64,000 nt of DNA from Vicinamibacterales bacterium (GCA_964202965.1 CAXNKG010000003.1:23032-87031), one strand, 5' to 3'. Shown: positions 22,208-33,170, counted from the first letter of the stretch. Notes: generated by a model not told the origin, from the sequence alone. Program-made: numbers and translations.

Positions 22208-25087
22208 CTACTCAAGCGGTGGGCAGGAACAGAACAGATTCCGATCGCCGTAGGGATTGTCGATCCGCCCGACCGACGGCCAGAACTTCCTCTCCCGGAC
22301 AAACGGCAACGGAAAGGCCGCCTCCTCACGCGAATACCGGTGAGGCCACTCGGACGCGGAGACCGCTTCCGCGGTGTGCGGAGCGTTCTTGAGCGGGTTG
22401 TCCACCCTGTCCGCACGGCCAGACACGACGTCTTCGATTTCCTTGCGGATCTGAATCATCGCGTCGCAGAACCGGTCGAGCTCCGCCTTGTCCTCGCTCT
22501 CGGTCGGTTCGACCATCAGCGTCCCGGCCACCGGGAACGACACCGTGGGCGCGTGAAAACCGTAATCCATCAGGCGCTTCGCGACGTCCATCTCCTCCAC
22601 GCCTGCCGCCTTGAACTGGCGCAGGTCGAAGATCAGCTCGTGGGCGACGCGGCCAGTGTCGCGCGCGTACAGCACCGGGTAATGTGTCTCGAGCCGCGCC
22701 TTCACGTAGTTCGCGTTCAGGATCGCGTAGCGTGTGGCGTTTGTCACGCCGTCGGCGCCGAGCATCCGGATGTAGCCATAGGAGATCAGCAGGATGCTCG
22801 CGCTGCCCCACGGCGCCGCCGAGATCGCATGGATAGCACGCTCGCCGCCGGTCGCGACGACGGGATGGCCTGGCAGATACGGCGCCAGGTGCTTCCCTAC
22901 CCCAATCGGGCCCATGCCCGGACCGCCGCCGCCGTGAGGGATCGCGAAGGTCTTGTGCAGGTTCAAGTGGCAGACGTCGGCGCCGATCGACGCCGGACTC
23001 GTGAGTCCGACCTGCGCGTTCATGTTGGCGCCGTCCATGTACACCTGGCCACCCTGCTCATGCACGATGTCGCAGATCGCGCGAATCTCGTCCTCGAAGA
23101 CACCGTGCGTCGAGGGGTACGTGATCATCAGGCACGCCAGCCGGTCGCGATGCTCGGCGGCCTTCTTCCGCAGATCCCCGACGTCGACGTTGCCGTTGGG
23201 CGCCGTCGCCACGACGACGACGCGCCATCCGGCCATGGCCGCCGTCGCCGGGTTCGTGCCATGCGCGGACGCCGGAATCAGCACCACGTCCCGGCGCGTA
23301 TCGCCGCGGGCGTGGTGATACGCGCGAATCACCATGAGGCCGGCGAATTCGCCCTGGGCGCCTGAATTCGGCTGGAGCGAGATGGCCGCGAAGCCGGTGA
23401 TCGCACAGAGCGCGGACTCGAGGTCACGGAAGATCTCGGCGTATCCCTGTGCCTGATCGACAGGTGCGAAGGGGTGCAGGCGGCCGAAGTGCTCCCAGGT
23501 GACAGGCAGCATCTCGGTGGCCGCGTTGAGCTTCATCGTGCACGACCCAAGCGGGATCATCGAGGTATCGAGGCCGATGTCCTTCCGCTCGAGGCCGCGG
23601 ATATAGCGCATCATCTCGGTTTCGGACTTGTGGGTGTTGAACACCGGATGTGTCAGGAACGCGGAGGCGCGTTTCAGCCCTGACGGATATCGCGCGTCAG
23701 GAATCCGGTCGAGCCGCACATCGGGAGCCCGCTTTCCAAGCGCCTTTGCAAACACCCCAACCACGTCCCGAATGTCCTCGGTCGAGACTGTTTCATTGAG
23801 CGAGACGCCAATCGTCCGCCCGTCCGGATACCGGAAGTTGATGCCGGCGGCGAGTGCGGCCTCACGAACGGCCCCGGCGTCCGGGACGTCGGCGAGGACG
23901 GTGTCGAAGTAGTGCGCGTGCCGCTGCGTGAGTCCGAGCGCCTTCAACTGCGCTTCGAGAAGCGCGGCCAGCGCATGGACGCGGGTGGCGATCGCCCGGA
24001 GGCCGTCCGGTCCGTGATACACGGCGTACATCGCCGCCATGTTCGCCAGCAGCGCCTGCGCCGTGCAGATATTGGAGGTCGCCTTCTCGCGGCGAATGTG
24101 CTGTTCGCGCGTGGCGAGCGCCATGCGATACGCCCGCTTGCCGTGCACATCGACCGACACCCCGATGATGCGCCCGGGCATCTGGCGGACGAAGCTGCTG
24201 CGGGTCGCGAAGAAGGCTGCATGCGGCCCGCCGTAACCGAGCGGCACGCCAAATCGCTGGGAGTTGCCGAACACCACGTCGGCGCCCATGTCGCCAGGAG
24301 ACGTCAACAGCGCGAGCGCCAGCAGATCCGTTCCGACGGCCACCAGCGCGCCCGCGGCATGCGCCCGATCGATGATGGGGGTCAGGTCCTCGACGAGGCC
24401 GTCGGCGTCGGGGTACTGCAGCAGGACGCCGTACGGACATCGGCCGCCGCTCGGCTCGAACGACATCGTCCGGGCGGGCGCCACCTCGACGTCAATACCC
24501 AGCGGCTCTGCGCGGCCTTTGAGAAGGTCGATAATCTGCGGCAAGCACCGGTCGCTCGCCACGAACAGCGGACGCTGTCCGTCTCCCGCCTTCTGCGTCC
24601 GCACCCGATGCAGCAGCGTCATGGCCTCGGCGGCCGCGGTCGCCTCATCGAGGAGCGACGCGTTCGCCACCTCCATTCCCGTCAAGTCGGCGACCATCGT
24701 CTGGAAATTGATGAGCGACTCGAGGCGCCCCTGGGCGATCTCCGCCTGGTACGGCGTGTAGGGGGTGTACCAGCCTGGATTCTCCATGACCATCCGCAGG
24801 ACGACGCTCGGGGTAATGGTGTCGTGATAGCCGAGACCGATATACGAACGGAACGTCCTGTTGCGCCCGGCCACGCGGGTGAGCCGCCGGAGGTACTGGT
24901 GCTCGCTCTCGGCCGGGGGCAGCACCAGCGGCGTCTTCAGCCGGATCGAGGCGGGGATCGTCTCGTCGATGAGGGCGTCGAGCGACGCGGCGCCGATGGC
25001 GGCGAGCATCGCATCCCGTTCGTCTGGCGAGGGACCGATGTGCCGCGGCGCGAACCAGTCGTTCGCGTCGAGTGACGGATTAGCCAA
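22208..25087 (-). CDS. gcvP: glycine dehydrogenase (aminomethyl-transferring), single-chain P protein
   Basis: 959 aa, full-length P-protein similarity (FAPRHIGPS..., [35 protein letters not shown]). Confidence 0.97.
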   Translation of the reverse strand: MANPSLDANDWFAPRHIGPSPDERDAMLAAIGAASLDALIDETIPASIRLKTPLVLPPAESEHQYLRRLTRVAGRNRTFRSYIGLGYHDTITPSVVLRMVMENPGWYTPYTPYQAEIAQGRLESLINFQTMVADLTGMEVANASLLDEATAAAEAMTLLHRVRTQKAGDGQRPLFVASDRCLPQIIDLLKGRAEPLGIDVEVAPARTMSFEPSGGRCPYGVLLQYPDADGLVEDLTPIIDRAHAAGALVAVGTDLLALALLTSPGDMGADVVFGNSQRFGVPLGYGGPHAAFFATRSSFVRQMPGRIIGVSVDVHGKRAYRMALATREQHIRREKATSNICTAQALLANMAAMYAVYHGPDGLRAIATRVHALAALLEAQLKALGLTQRHAHYFDTVLADVPDAGAVREAALAAGINFRYPDGRTIGVSLNETVSTEDIRDVVGVFAKALGKRAPDVRLDRIPDARYPSGLKRASAFLTHPVFNTHKSETEMMRYIRGLERKDIGLDTSMIPLGSCTMKLNAATEMLPVTWEHFGRLHPFAPVDQAQGYAEIFRDLESALCAITGFAAISLQPNSGAQGEFAGLMVIRAYHHARGDTRRDVVLIPASAHGTNPATAAMAGWRVVVVATAPNGNVDVGDLRKKAAEHRDRLACLMITYPSTHGVFEDEIRAICDIVHEQGGQVYMDGANMNAQVGLTSPASIGADVCHLNLHKTFAIPHGGGGPGMGPIGVGKHLAPYLPGHPVVATGGERAIHAISAAPWGSASILLISYGYIRMLGADGVTNATRYAILNANYVKARLETHYPVLYARDTGRVAHELIFDLRQFKAAGVEEMDVAKRLMDYGFHAPTVSFPVAGTLMVEPTESEDKAELDRFCDAMIQIRKEIEDVVSGRADRVDNPLKNAPHTAEAVSASEWPHRYSREEAAFPLPFVRERKFWPSVGRIDNPYGDRNLFCSCPPLE

Positions 25088-25454
25088 GGAGCTCCTGATA
25101 CTGCTTGCTGTCGAGGAGCGCGCCCCCCTCGCCTGGATTCGACACCTTCACCTTGATCATCCAGGTGTCATGCGGGGCCGTGTTGACGACCTCCGGGTGC
25201 GCCTTGACGTGCTCGTTCACCTCGACCACCTCACCGGTAATCGGCGCGAACAGCTCGGAGGCCGCTTTGACCGACTCGATATTGCCGAACGACTGCCCGG
25301 CCGTGACCGTCGTGCCTGCGTCGGGCAGTTCGACGTAGACCACGTCGCCGAGCTGCTGCTGCGCAAAGTCCGTGATGCCTATCTCGGCCGTGTCGCCGGA
25401 GAGACGAATCCACTCGTGATCGTTCGTGTACTTGCGGTCGTCCGGATACGCCAC
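25080..25454 (-). CDS. gcvH: glycine cleavage system H protein
   Basis: GTG 25454 lies one nt after the gcvT stop and gives a 124-aa protein (V)[17 protein letters not shown]...[19 protein letters not shown] with the lipoyl-lysine motif. The longer track ORF to 25520 overlaps gcvT. Confidence 0.9.
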   Translation of the reverse strand: MAYPDDRKYTNDHEWIRLSGDTAEIGITDFAQQQLGDVVYVELPDAGTTVTAGQSFGNIESVKAASELFAPITGEVVEVNEHVKAHPEVVNTAPHDTWMIKVKVSNPGEGGALLDSKQYQELLG

Positions 25455-25455
25455 G

Positions 25456-26559
25456 TCACCCTCGCTTATAAAACGGCATCGGCACCACGCGCGCCTTGAG
25501 CGCGCGGCCGCGCACGTCAATCTCGATTTCGCTGCCCGCCTTCGACACGTGTGTCGGCACGTACGCCATGCCGATCGCCTTCTTCAGGAACGGCGTCTGC
25601 GTGCCGCTCGTGACCACGCCAACCGGCCGTCCGTCGCGGACGACCTGATGCCCGTGCCGCGCGATGCCGCGGTCGATCATCTCGAATCCCACGAGCTTCT
25701 TCGTGACGCCGGCATCCTTCTGCTTCTTCAGGGCCTCGCGGCCGATGAACTGTTCGTTTGTCCAGCCGATCATCCAGCCGAGACCGGCCTCGAGCACGGT
25801 CGTGGATTCGTCCATGTCGTTGCCGTACAGGCGCATCGAGGCTTCCAGCCGAAGCGTGTCGCGGGCACCGAGTCCGGCGGGCACGATGTCGACCGAGCGG
25901 CCGGATTCAAGGATGGCGTCCCAGACGCGCTCGGCGACGTTCGGCGGCACGAAGATCTCGAAGCCGTCCTCGCCGGTGTAGCCGGTTCGTGAGATCGTGG
26001 CGCGCGCGCCCGCCACTTCTCCATGGGCGAACCAGTAGTACTTGATGTCGGCGAGCGGCACGCCGGTGAGCGGCTGCACGACGTCGATGGCTGCGGGGCC
26101 CTGTACGGCGATCAAGGCGTAGCGGTTGCTGGAGTCGACGACGGCCGCGTCGGAGACGGCTTTGACCTGCTCGACGATCCAGGCGTAATCCTTCCCGGCG
26201 TTCGAGGCATTCACGACGAGCATGAAATGACTGGGCGCCATGCGGTAGACGAGCATGTCGTCGAGGAAGGTGCCGTCGGGCGTCAGGAGCCCCGCGAGAT
26301 GCGCCTGCCCGACCTCGAGGACGGACGGATCGCTACACGCGATGCGCTGGACCGCCCTGACGGCGTCCTTGCCGGCGATTTCAATCTCACCCATGTGGCT
26401 GACGTCGAAGACACCGGCGCACGTGCGCACGGCCATATGCTCGGCGGTGATGCCGCTGTATTCCACGGGCATGTCCCAGCCGGCAAACGGCACCATCCTG
26501 GCGTTCAGCGCGCGATGACGGGCGTTAAGCGGGGTCTTTCGGAGGTCGGCGGTGGTCAG
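25456..26559 (-). CDS. gcvT: glycine cleavage system aminomethyltransferase T
   Basis: Track ORF 25456..26496 starts at MVPFAGWDMPVEY. The conserved N-terminal LRKTPLNARHRALNAR lies upstream in frame, bounded by TAG at 26569..26571. The only plausible initiator there is CTG 26559. The minimal ATG start is 26496. Confidence 0.88.
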   Translation of the reverse strand: MTTADLRKTPLNARHRALNARMVPFAGWDMPVEYSGITAEHMAVRTCAGVFDVSHMGEIEIAGKDAVRAVQRIACSDPSVLEVGQAHLAGLLTPDGTFLDDMLVYRMAPSHFMLVVNASNAGKDYAWIVEQVKAVSDAAVVDSSNRYALIAVQGPAAIDVVQPLTGVPLADIKYYWFAHGEVAGARATISRTGYTGEDGFEIFVPPNVAERVWDAILESGRSVDIVPAGLGARDTLRLEASMRLYGNDMDESTTVLEAGLGWMIGWTNEQFIGREALKKQKDAGVTKKLVGFEMIDRGIARHGHQVVRDGRPVGVVTSGTQTPFLKKAIGMAYVPTHVSKAGSEIEIDVRGRALKARVVPMPFYKRG

Positions 26560-26593
26560 GCTCTTTGACTATAGTTTCGGCGCGCCGCCCTAT

Positions 26594-28024
26594 TCAAGCG
26601 CGATCGGGCGTCTGAGCCGACTCCCGCGCCCACGCCGGCACGCGCTTGCCTGCGGGACGCGGCGAATGCCCATATCGAAGGTAGGCGTCCAGCGTGTGAT
26701 AGCTGATGTCGAGCGTCTGGCTGGCGCGGCGCTTGTTCCGGCCGCATCGCTCGAAGACGATCCGGGCGTACCGGCTCGCCCACGCTCGCATGGAATGCCC
26801 GGCGGCGACCGACGGTGCGAGCACCTCGCCGTAGTCACCCCGCACATGTGGCGGCAGATCGTCGGGCTCGATGCGGCGCGAGTCCGCCAGCGCGACGGCG
26901 CGCTCGACCATGCGTTCCAGCTCCCGGACGTTCCCGGGCCAGTCATACACGCGCAGTGCGTCGAGGGCCGCCTCGGACATGGACAACTCGCTCCTCGACC
27001 GGTGGCGGGCCAGGAAATGGGCGGCCAGGTCCGGAATGTCGCCGCGACGCTCGCGCAGCGCCGGCACCTGAATCTCAACGCCGCCAAGGCGATAGAACAG
27101 GTCCGCGCGGAACATCTTGCGCGAGACGAGTTCCGCGAGCGGCCGGTTGGTGGCGGCGACGATCCGGGTATTGACCCGTCGCGTGCCGGTCGTGCCGACG
27201 CGCTCCACAGCCAGATCCTGAATCGCCCGGAGCAGCTTGGCCTGGGCCGAGAGCGACAGGTCAGATACTTCGTCGAGGAAGAGCGTGCCGCCGTCGGCGT
27301 GCTCGAACTTGCCCCGCCGCCCGCGAACCCCGGTCGCCGTCCGTTCTTCGATGCCGAAGAGTTCCGCCTCGAGCAGCGTTTCGACGAGCGCGGCACAATT
27401 CACCGGTACGAACGGCCCCTTCCGGCGCCGGCCGAGGTCGTGAATCTGCCGCGCCACGAGTTCCTTTCCGGTTCCGCTCTCGCCCTCGATCAGTACCGTG
27501 AAATCGGTCTGCGCCACCCGCGCGATCCGCTCGCGTAGCGCGGCGAGAGCGGGGCTGGAGCCGACAAGCGGCGTCGCCTGCACGGTCGCGCCTGGCGACA
27601 CCGGACGGGTTCGTGCCGCTTCGAGCACGAGGCCGCCGAGCTGAGCGGCGGCGGTCAGCAGTTCGAAGTCATGGTCGTCGAGGGTTCGCCCCCGATCGAA
27701 CGACGCCTCGAGCACGGCCTGCACAGTGGGATCGGCCGTCGGCACGCCGAGCACCACGGATTCGGCCGTCCGCGTCGGCGTCACGAGCCGCGCCTGGTAT
27801 CGCGACGGAATCTCCCGCAGGCGGATGGTGCGGACGGCCAGCAGCCGTTGCACGTGCTGCTCGAAGATCGCGGACAGGTGCCCCTCGACATACGGCTGTG
27901 CGAGGGCGGCGCTCACGGCGGCGACCACCTCGCGAAGGTCGGTGTTCGGCTGAGGATGCATAGGCGAGGGCATAACAAGTCTGATGCCACCGGCCGTCGT
28001 TGACTGGCCGCGCGTTTGTGGCAC
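26594..28024 (-). CDS. GAF-domain AAA+ enhancer-binding-protein-like transcriptional regulator (Fis-type HTH) with a degenerate GAFTGA loop
   Basis: Walker A GESGTGKE, GGTLFLDEV, RVYDWPGNVRELE, C-terminal HTH (NKRRASQTLDISYHTLDAYL). The start is uncertain: GTG 28024, ATG 27973 or ATG 27961. Confidence 0.85.
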   Translation of the reverse strand: MPQTRGQSTTAGGIRLVMPSPMHPQPNTDLREVVAAVSAALAQPYVEGHLSAIFEQHVQRLLAVRTIRLREIPSRYQARLVTPTRTAESVVLGVPTADPTVQAVLEASFDRGRTLDDHDFELLTAAAQLGGLVLEAARTRPVSPGATVQATPLVGSSPALAALRERIARVAQTDFTVLIEGESGTGKELVARQIHDLGRRRKGPFVPVNCAALVETLLEAELFGIEERTATGVRGRRGKFEHADGGTLFLDEVSDLSLSAQAKLLRAIQDLAVERVGTTGTRRVNTRIVAATNRPLAELVSRKMFRADLFYRLGGVEIQVPALRERRGDIPDLAAHFLARHRSRSELSMSEAALDALRVYDWPGNVRELERMVERAVALADSRRIEPDDLPPHVRGDYGEVLAPSVAAGHSMRAWASRYARIVFERCGRNKRRASQTLDISYHTLDAYLRYGHSPRPAGKRVPAWARESAQTPDRA

Positions 28025-28122
28025 GCCTGTCGCGCCAGACGCTCGGGCATGGGTATGGCGGGCATGACCTTCCCTTCGGCTGGGCGGCGATTGGCCCCCG
28101 GCCAGGGAATCCGCTACCCCGC

Positions 28123-28695
28123 TCAGAAGGAAGCGACCCAGCTCTTCGACGTCGCGTCGTATCGGAGGAGGCGGGTCCTTCCGGTTGAGCCGACCACGCG
28201 CAGCGCCAACTGCAACCCGTCACCGCCGCGGATGAAGATGGACCCTGGTGTCGCGGTTCCGAGCGGCGTAAACGACAGCAGGTTGGTGCTGCCGATTCGG
28301 ATCGGATCATCCCCATCGGCGGCGGCGATCGTCACGTCCGGGAAGAGGGCCGACAACGCAACCGGCTGGTCCAGGGGAACATCGACGCCCGCGGTGATAT
28401 CGGCATTCCGGACGCCGTTGCCGTTACCGTCCGCGAACATCTGAAATGTTGCGTCGGAGCCGGTCTCGTTGAATCGGATCGCGACGTTGGCGGAGCGGGT
28501 CACGGCATAGGTGCGCGTCATCGCCATCCGGCTGCCAAGATAGCGGGCCGCCGCGATGGTTCTGGAACGCGTGAGCGCCGCGTGTACCGCGGGCGCCGTG
28601 AACCCGGCCAGGATGGCCGCGAGGGCACCGACGAAGAGCAACTCGATGAGCGTGTAGCCGTGGGACCGCAGCAGCAGGCCGCCGCGGCCCCACAC
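28123..28695 (-). CDS. GspH/FimT-like pseudopilin with prepilin-type N-terminal cleavage/methylation signal
   Basis: GTG 28695 gives (M)WGRGGLLLRSHG/YTLIELLFVGALAAILAGF, a class III signal with Glu at +5. The rest of track ORF 28123..29061 overlaps comEA out of frame. Confidence 0.7.
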   Translation of the reverse strand: MWGRGGLLLRSHGYTLIELLFVGALAAILAGFTAPAVHAALTRSRTIAAARYLGSRMAMTRTYAVTRSANVAIRFNETGSDATFQMFADGNGNGVRNADITAGVDVPLDQPVALSALFPDVTIAAADGDDPIRIGSTNLLSFTPLGTATPGSIFIRGGDGLQLALRVVGSTGRTRLLRYDATSKSWVASF

Positions 28696-28700
28696 GTGGA

Positions 28701-29030
28701 TTACTGCGCGGCCGCGCGATCGGCGCGCGGCGCCGTGATCGCGATGAGCGCCTTCAGCTTCAGGAAGCTCACCTCGCCGATGCCCCGGACGTTCATCAGC
28801 TCCTCGACCTTCTTGAACCCGCCGTTCTGCTGGCGGTAGTCGACGATCCGCTGCGCGACCGCCGGGCCGATCCCCGGCAGCGTCTCGAGCTGGGCCATCG
28901 TCGCCGTATTGAGATTCACCGGCCCGGCAGCGACCGACGCCGCCGGTTTCGGCGCGGGACGGGCCTCCTGCGCCGCGAGGGTCGGAATTCCGAGAACGAG
29001 GACCAGCAGGGTCGCAACTATCATTCGCAT
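28701..29030 (-). CDS. comEA: ComEA-like helix-hairpin-helix DNA-binding protein
   Basis: ATG 29030 follows GGAGGAG. Signal peptide [21 protein letters not shown], then [48 protein letters not shown]. Confidence 0.8.
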   Translation of the reverse strand: MRMIVATLLVLVLGIPTLAAQEARPAPKPAASVAAGPVNLNTATMAQLETLPGIGPAVAQRIVDYRQQNGGFKKVEELMNVRGIGEVSFLKLKALIAITAPRADRAAAQ

Positions 29031-29265
29031 CGCATCTCCTCCTGTGTTGAGCGATTGGCATGTGAACGCTCCCGACGGGCCGGTGCGGGCGAGGTCAGCC
29101 GCCAGCAGCCGGTTCACCCCGCCGGGACGCACCCGCAGGTGGCAAGGACGCCGCCGCGAGGCTGGTGGCGGAGCTGGCAGCCTAACGTGCTGATGTCGCA
29201 GGGGTTGAACGAATGGAAAGGAACGGCGAAGCGCGCGCGGCGCCGCGGCGCGTGAACTGGAGTAC

Positions 29266-30690
29266 CTACCGCGGCGCTTTCACCTGCGCCCGAATAGCAG
29301 ACGTCCGCTGAATGGCGGAGGCTCGTCGTCTTTCGGCGTCAGCAACCGAGCGTTGATGCGAGGCGATCTGCCGGGCGTTCGTCCGGGCGTCGGCTTCCGT
29401 GGCAGCCAGCTGCTCTACGGCCTTGGTCCCCGTCTCGATGGCGAGCGTGAAGCACTGCTCGGCATGCTGGAAGGCCGCAAGGCTGTCTTCCCACCGCCGC
29501 CGCTCGGCACGTGCCTCGCCAAGATAGAGCGCCGCTTCGCAGTAGCCGAAGTCGGCCGACAGCGCCGCTTCGAACTCGGTTTCCGCGAACGGCACCTGCT
29601 TCTCGCGCCACGCGATGACGCCCGACAGGAGCAGCGCGGCCGGCGATCGGAACCCGGCCTTCGAGCGGTCGACGTCAGCCCGGGCCGCCATGACGTCGTT
29701 CATCTGATACGCGTTCCACGCCCTCCAGTAGTAGGCGTCGGAGATGAACCAGCTCCCCAGCTCGATCAGGGTCGTCGCCGTCGCCATCGCTTCGGGATGA
29801 CGCGCCAGTCGCGACAGGCTGACGGTTCGCCCAAGCAGCGCGTCCCGGTGGGTGGGGACCGCCGCCAGCGCCGCATCGTAGGCCTCGAGGGCGTCCTCCC
29901 ACTCCTCCCGATCGTGGCGGACCGATCCGATAGCCGACGCGATCGTCGCCGATGCCGGAAACGCACGATGAGCGGCCGCGAATCGGCGCAGCGCGTCCTC
30001 GTGGTCAGCGCGTTCGCGCTGCAGCGCGGTCCGGCCCAGCTCGAACTCGGCATCCGCAAAGTCCGGGTCCCGCTGGAGAAGGTCGGTCAGCAGCGCCGTA
30101 CGGCCGCAGATCCCCACCCGGTACTGCACAAGCGCGGCATCCGGATGCAGGTCGAGCGCGGCGTCGGAGGCCACGTCACGCGCCTCGTACAGGAGCGGTC
30201 CGCAGGCCAGCGACAGGTCGAGATAGGTGCGCAGGAGGCTGCTGCCAGGGCCGGCGGCAAGGCCCCGCCGCCACTGCTCGAGGATCGGCCGCGACCGCCT
30301 CGTGGAGGCGTTCTCGATCAGCAGCGCGTCACGGTCCGCGCTGAAGGGATCGAGTGGAATGCTGAGGACGATGCCGATGAACGCCTCCCAGCCGGCGCCT
30401 GTCACGGGCACCGCTCCCCGCGCGGCCTCGATCCAGCGGGCATGCGGAAGCCCAAGCTCCTTCGCTCTGGCAGCCAGCAGGAGCGCGGATTCAAACGCCT
30501 GTTCGCGGAGACCGGCGGCCGCCGCCTTCGCGAACGCGGACTCCAGGCATCGGAAACAGCCCCGGGAGACGAGGCGCTCGACCTCGGCCGCCACCACCCG
30601 GGAGGTGTCGACAACGGGTGCCGGACGGGCAGCGCAGCCCCCAAGGACGCAGGCCGTCGTCAGAGCAAACGCCGCCAGGGCGCGAGTCAC
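29266..30690 (-). CDS. TPR-like repeat lipoprotein, function unknown
   Basis: Lipobox [19 protein letters not shown]. Helical-repeat sequence with TPR-like spacing. Confidence 0.6.
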   Translation of the reverse strand: MTRALAAFALTTACVLGGCAARPAPVVDTSRVVAAEVERLVSRGCFRCLESAFAKAAAAGLREQAFESALLLAARAKELGLPHARWIEAARGAVPVTGAGWEAFIGIVLSIPLDPFSADRDALLIENASTRRSRPILEQWRRGLAAGPGSSLLRTYLDLSLACGPLLYEARDVASDAALDLHPDAALVQYRVGICGRTALLTDLLQRDPDFADAEFELGRTALQRERADHEDALRRFAAAHRAFPASATIASAIGSVRHDREEWEDALEAYDAALAAVPTHRDALLGRTVSLSRLARHPEAMATATTLIELGSWFISDAYYWRAWNAYQMNDVMAARADVDRSKAGFRSPAALLLSGVIAWREKQVPFAETEFEAALSADFGYCEAALYLGEARAERRRWEDSLAAFQHAEQCFTLAIETGTKAVEQLAATEADARTNARQIASHQRSVADAERRRASAIQRTSAIRAQVKAPR

Positions 30691-30706
30691 TGAATCTCCC
30701 GCGAGG

Positions 30707-31186
30707 CTATTTCAGGTACTCAGCGACCTTCGCGATGCCGGCGTTGGCGCACTTCTCTTCGACCACTTGACCGCCCATCGCGCCGCTCAGGCCGACACCG
30801 CCAATCGTGTCCTCGCCGGCCTTGATCGGCATGCCGCCGCCGAGCGCGATGACATCCATCAGCTCTCGCTGGCCCGCATTGGCGGTTTCAGTCCGCTTGG
30901 CCCATTCAGACGACGGCGCCCGGAACGTGCGCGCCGTATACGCCTTGCGGCGTGCGAGCTCGGCGTTGTGGGGACTGGCGTTGTCGCCCTCGAGCAGGAC
31001 GCGCACGCGTCCCGCGCGATCGACAACCGCGATCGACGTGGTGTTGCCGCAGACCTCGAGCGCCGCCTGCGCAATCGTCAGCGCCATCTTCAGGGAGAGG
31101 TCGCGGTGGGTAATGAGCTGCGCGTGCGAGGTGTGGGGAACGCCCGCGAGAACCGCGGCCGCCAGGACCGCTACTCGAATCGACAT
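30707..31186 (-). CDS. GlcG/HbpS-like (DUF336) haem-binding-family protein, secreted
   Basis: Signal peptide, then AVVDRAGRVRVLLEGDNASPHNAELARRKAYTA...GGMPIKAGEDTIGGVGLSGA. Confidence 0.75.
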   Translation of the reverse strand: MSIRVAVLAAAVLAGVPHTSHAQLITHRDLSLKMALTIAQAALEVCGNTTSIAVVDRAGRVRVLLEGDNASPHNAELARRKAYTARTFRAPSSEWAKRTETANAGQRELMDVIALGGGMPIKAGEDTIGGVGLSGAMGGQVVEEKCANAGIAKVAEYLK

Positions 31187-31274
31187 AACACGCCCCTTTC
31201 GGGGCGGATTATGCCACGAAGGGTGTCAGGCGATGGGTTGACAGATCCGGGACAGGTGGCGTCCCCTAGCAGGG

Positions 31275-32162
31275 ATGAGGAAGCTGGCGGCAGTCGTCGC
31301 GGGCGTGACCGGAGCCATCGCCCTTCTGGTGGCGATACATTTTCCCTTCGACCGGGATGCGGTTGCCGATCCGGACGAGTGGTTAGAGCGTGCAGACTAC
31401 CGGCGCTTTTATGACTCGTTGTACGCTCAGCCTCGCGTCTCGTCCGAGAGCGACAGCGGGACGCACCTGTTCGACGGACCGGTAGGGGAGTTTGTCCGCT
31501 CGTATCGCCTCGAGCATGCCCGCGTGCTGGAAGTAGGAGCCGGCTCAGGCGATCTACAGGACGTTGTTGCCGACTATACAGGTCTCGACATTTCCGAGAG
31601 CGCGGGGCGCAACTTCCACAAGCCATTTGTTCGAGCCTCCGCTACCGCGATGCCTTTTCGCTCGGATGAGTTCGACGCGGTCTGGACGATCGATACGCTG
31701 GAGCACGTGCCCCGCCCTGAACTCGCGCTGAGCGAGATCAGGCGTGTCGTCAAGGACGGGGGCCTGGTGTACCTCAAGGCGGCGTGGCAATGTCGGCCCT
31801 GGGCGGCCCAGGGGTACCATGTCCGGCCCTACAGGGACCTCGAGATCGACGAGAAGATCGTCAAGTTGTCCATTCCGCTGCGCGAATCGGTGGCGTTTCG
31901 CGCTCTTTATACGTTTCCGATCCGCCTCATCCGCTTAGCGACCGCGCTCGCAAGCCCCCAGCCGACATCATTCCGGTACAGGAGGCTCGCGCCTAACTAC
32001 GAGCACTATTGGGACGCCGACAGTGACGCGATCAATTCGATGGATCCCTATGAAGCGATCTTGTGGTTTCGCAGCCGCGGTGACGAGGTCCTGTCTTTCG
32101 ACGGGCCAATCGCACCTCTCTGGGTGCACAGCGGGCCGATTGTGTTGAGGATTCAGAAGTGA
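31275..32162 (+). CDS. class I SAM-dependent methyltransferase
   Basis: VLEVGAGSGD (motif I), DEFDAVWTIDTLEHV, VVKDGGLVYL. Confidence 0.8.
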   Translation: MRKLAAVVAGVTGAIALLVAIHFPFDRDAVADPDEWLERADYRRFYDSLYAQPRVSSESDSGTHLFDGPVGEFVRSYRLEHARVLEVGAGSGDLQDVVADYTGLDISESAGRNFHKPFVRASATAMPFRSDEFDAVWTIDTLEHVPRPELALSEIRRVVKDGGLVYLKAAWQCRPWAAQGYHVRPYRDLEIDEKIVKLSIPLRESVAFRALYTFPIRLIRLATALASPQPTSFRYRRLAPNYEHYWDADSDAINSMDPYEAILWFRSRGDEVLSFDGPIAPLWVHSGPIVLRIQK

Positions 32163-32183
32163 CCGTCGCTCCGGACCCGGGCT

Positions 32184-33128
32184 TTATGCGGCAGTGCCCT
32201 GTGACGACCGGAACCACTCGACCGTCTGCTTCAACCCGGTCTGCAGATCGACAGTAGGCCGATAGCCGAGAATCCGCTCGGCCTTCTGAATATCGGCCTG
32301 CGAGTCCTTGACGTCGCCGGCGCGCGGTGCGGCGTAGATCGGCTCCGCCGTGGCGCCGGTCAACCCCTTGATCGTCTTGCACAGGTCGTTCAGCGAGATC
32401 CGGCCGGCCGTGGCGACGTTGATGACTTCCCCGCTCGCCTTCGGCGCCTGGCAGGCTCGCAGCACGCCGTCCACCACGTTCGCGACGTACGTGAAATCGC
32501 GGGTGTGCTCGCCGTCGCCGTAAATGGTCGGCTGACGGTTCTCGACGAGCGCGCTGATGAAGAGCGAGATGACGCCGGAGTAGGGCGACGAAGGATCCTG
32601 CCGCGGACCGAACACGTTGAAGTAGCGGATCGTCACCGTCTCGAGGCCGTAGAGCTGCGTAAAGAGCCGGCAATACTCCTCGGCCATGAACTTCTGCAGC
32701 GCATACGGCGACAGCGGCGATGCGCGCATCGTCTCGACCTTGGGAAGCGTCGGCGTGTTGCCGTAGGCGGACGAGGAGCCGGCGTAGACGACACGCGTCA
32801 CGCCGGCATCGCGCGCGGCAATGAGGACGTTGAGCGAGGCGTCCACGTTGGCGCGATGCGAGGTCAGCGGGTCCTTCACCGATCGCGGTACCGACGGGAT
32901 CGCCGCCTGGTGCAGCACGTAGTCGATACCCGCCACGGCGCGCTGCGCCACCGCCAGGTCGGCCAGGTCGCCTTCGATGAATTCGACGCCCGGGATATGG
33001 GCGAGGTTGCGCCGCTTCCCGGTAATCAGGCTGTCGACGACGCGGACGCGCTCCCCGCGCCGGACAAGCTCTTCGGCAAGGTGGGATCCGATGAAGCCCG
33101 CGCCGCCGGTGACAAGGTAATGAGACAT
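32184..33128 (-). CDS. NAD-dependent sugar-nucleotide epimerase/dehydratase (extended SDR)
   Basis: VTGGAGFIGSHL, catalytic YALQK, GalE/WbpP-like over the full length. Confidence 0.9.
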   Translation of the reverse strand: MSHYLVTGGAGFIGSHLAEELVRRGERVRVVDSLITGKRRNLAHIPGVEFIEGDLADLAVAQRAVAGIDYVLHQAAIPSVPRSVKDPLTSHRANVDASLNVLIAARDAGVTRVVYAGSSSAYGNTPTLPKVETMRASPLSPYALQKFMAEEYCRLFTQLYGLETVTIRYFNVFGPRQDPSSPYSGVISLFISALVENRQPTIYGDGEHTRDFTYVANVVDGVLRACQAPKASGEVINVATAGRISLNDLCKTIKGLTGATAEPIYAAPRAGDVKDSQADIQKAERILGYRPTVDLQTGLKQTVEWFRSSQGTAA

Positions 33129-33170
33129 TCCGACCGAAACCTCAGCGCAAATACTGCCGGGAGATAAGAA

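Noticed and set aside
26497-26593. Glycine riboswitch upstream of gcvT
   Set aside because: Conserved GcvT coding sequence extends to about 26559, and the upstream gene stops at 26594. That leaves 34 nt, far too short for the ~100-nt (or tandem) aptamer, and no conserved aptamer core is visible.
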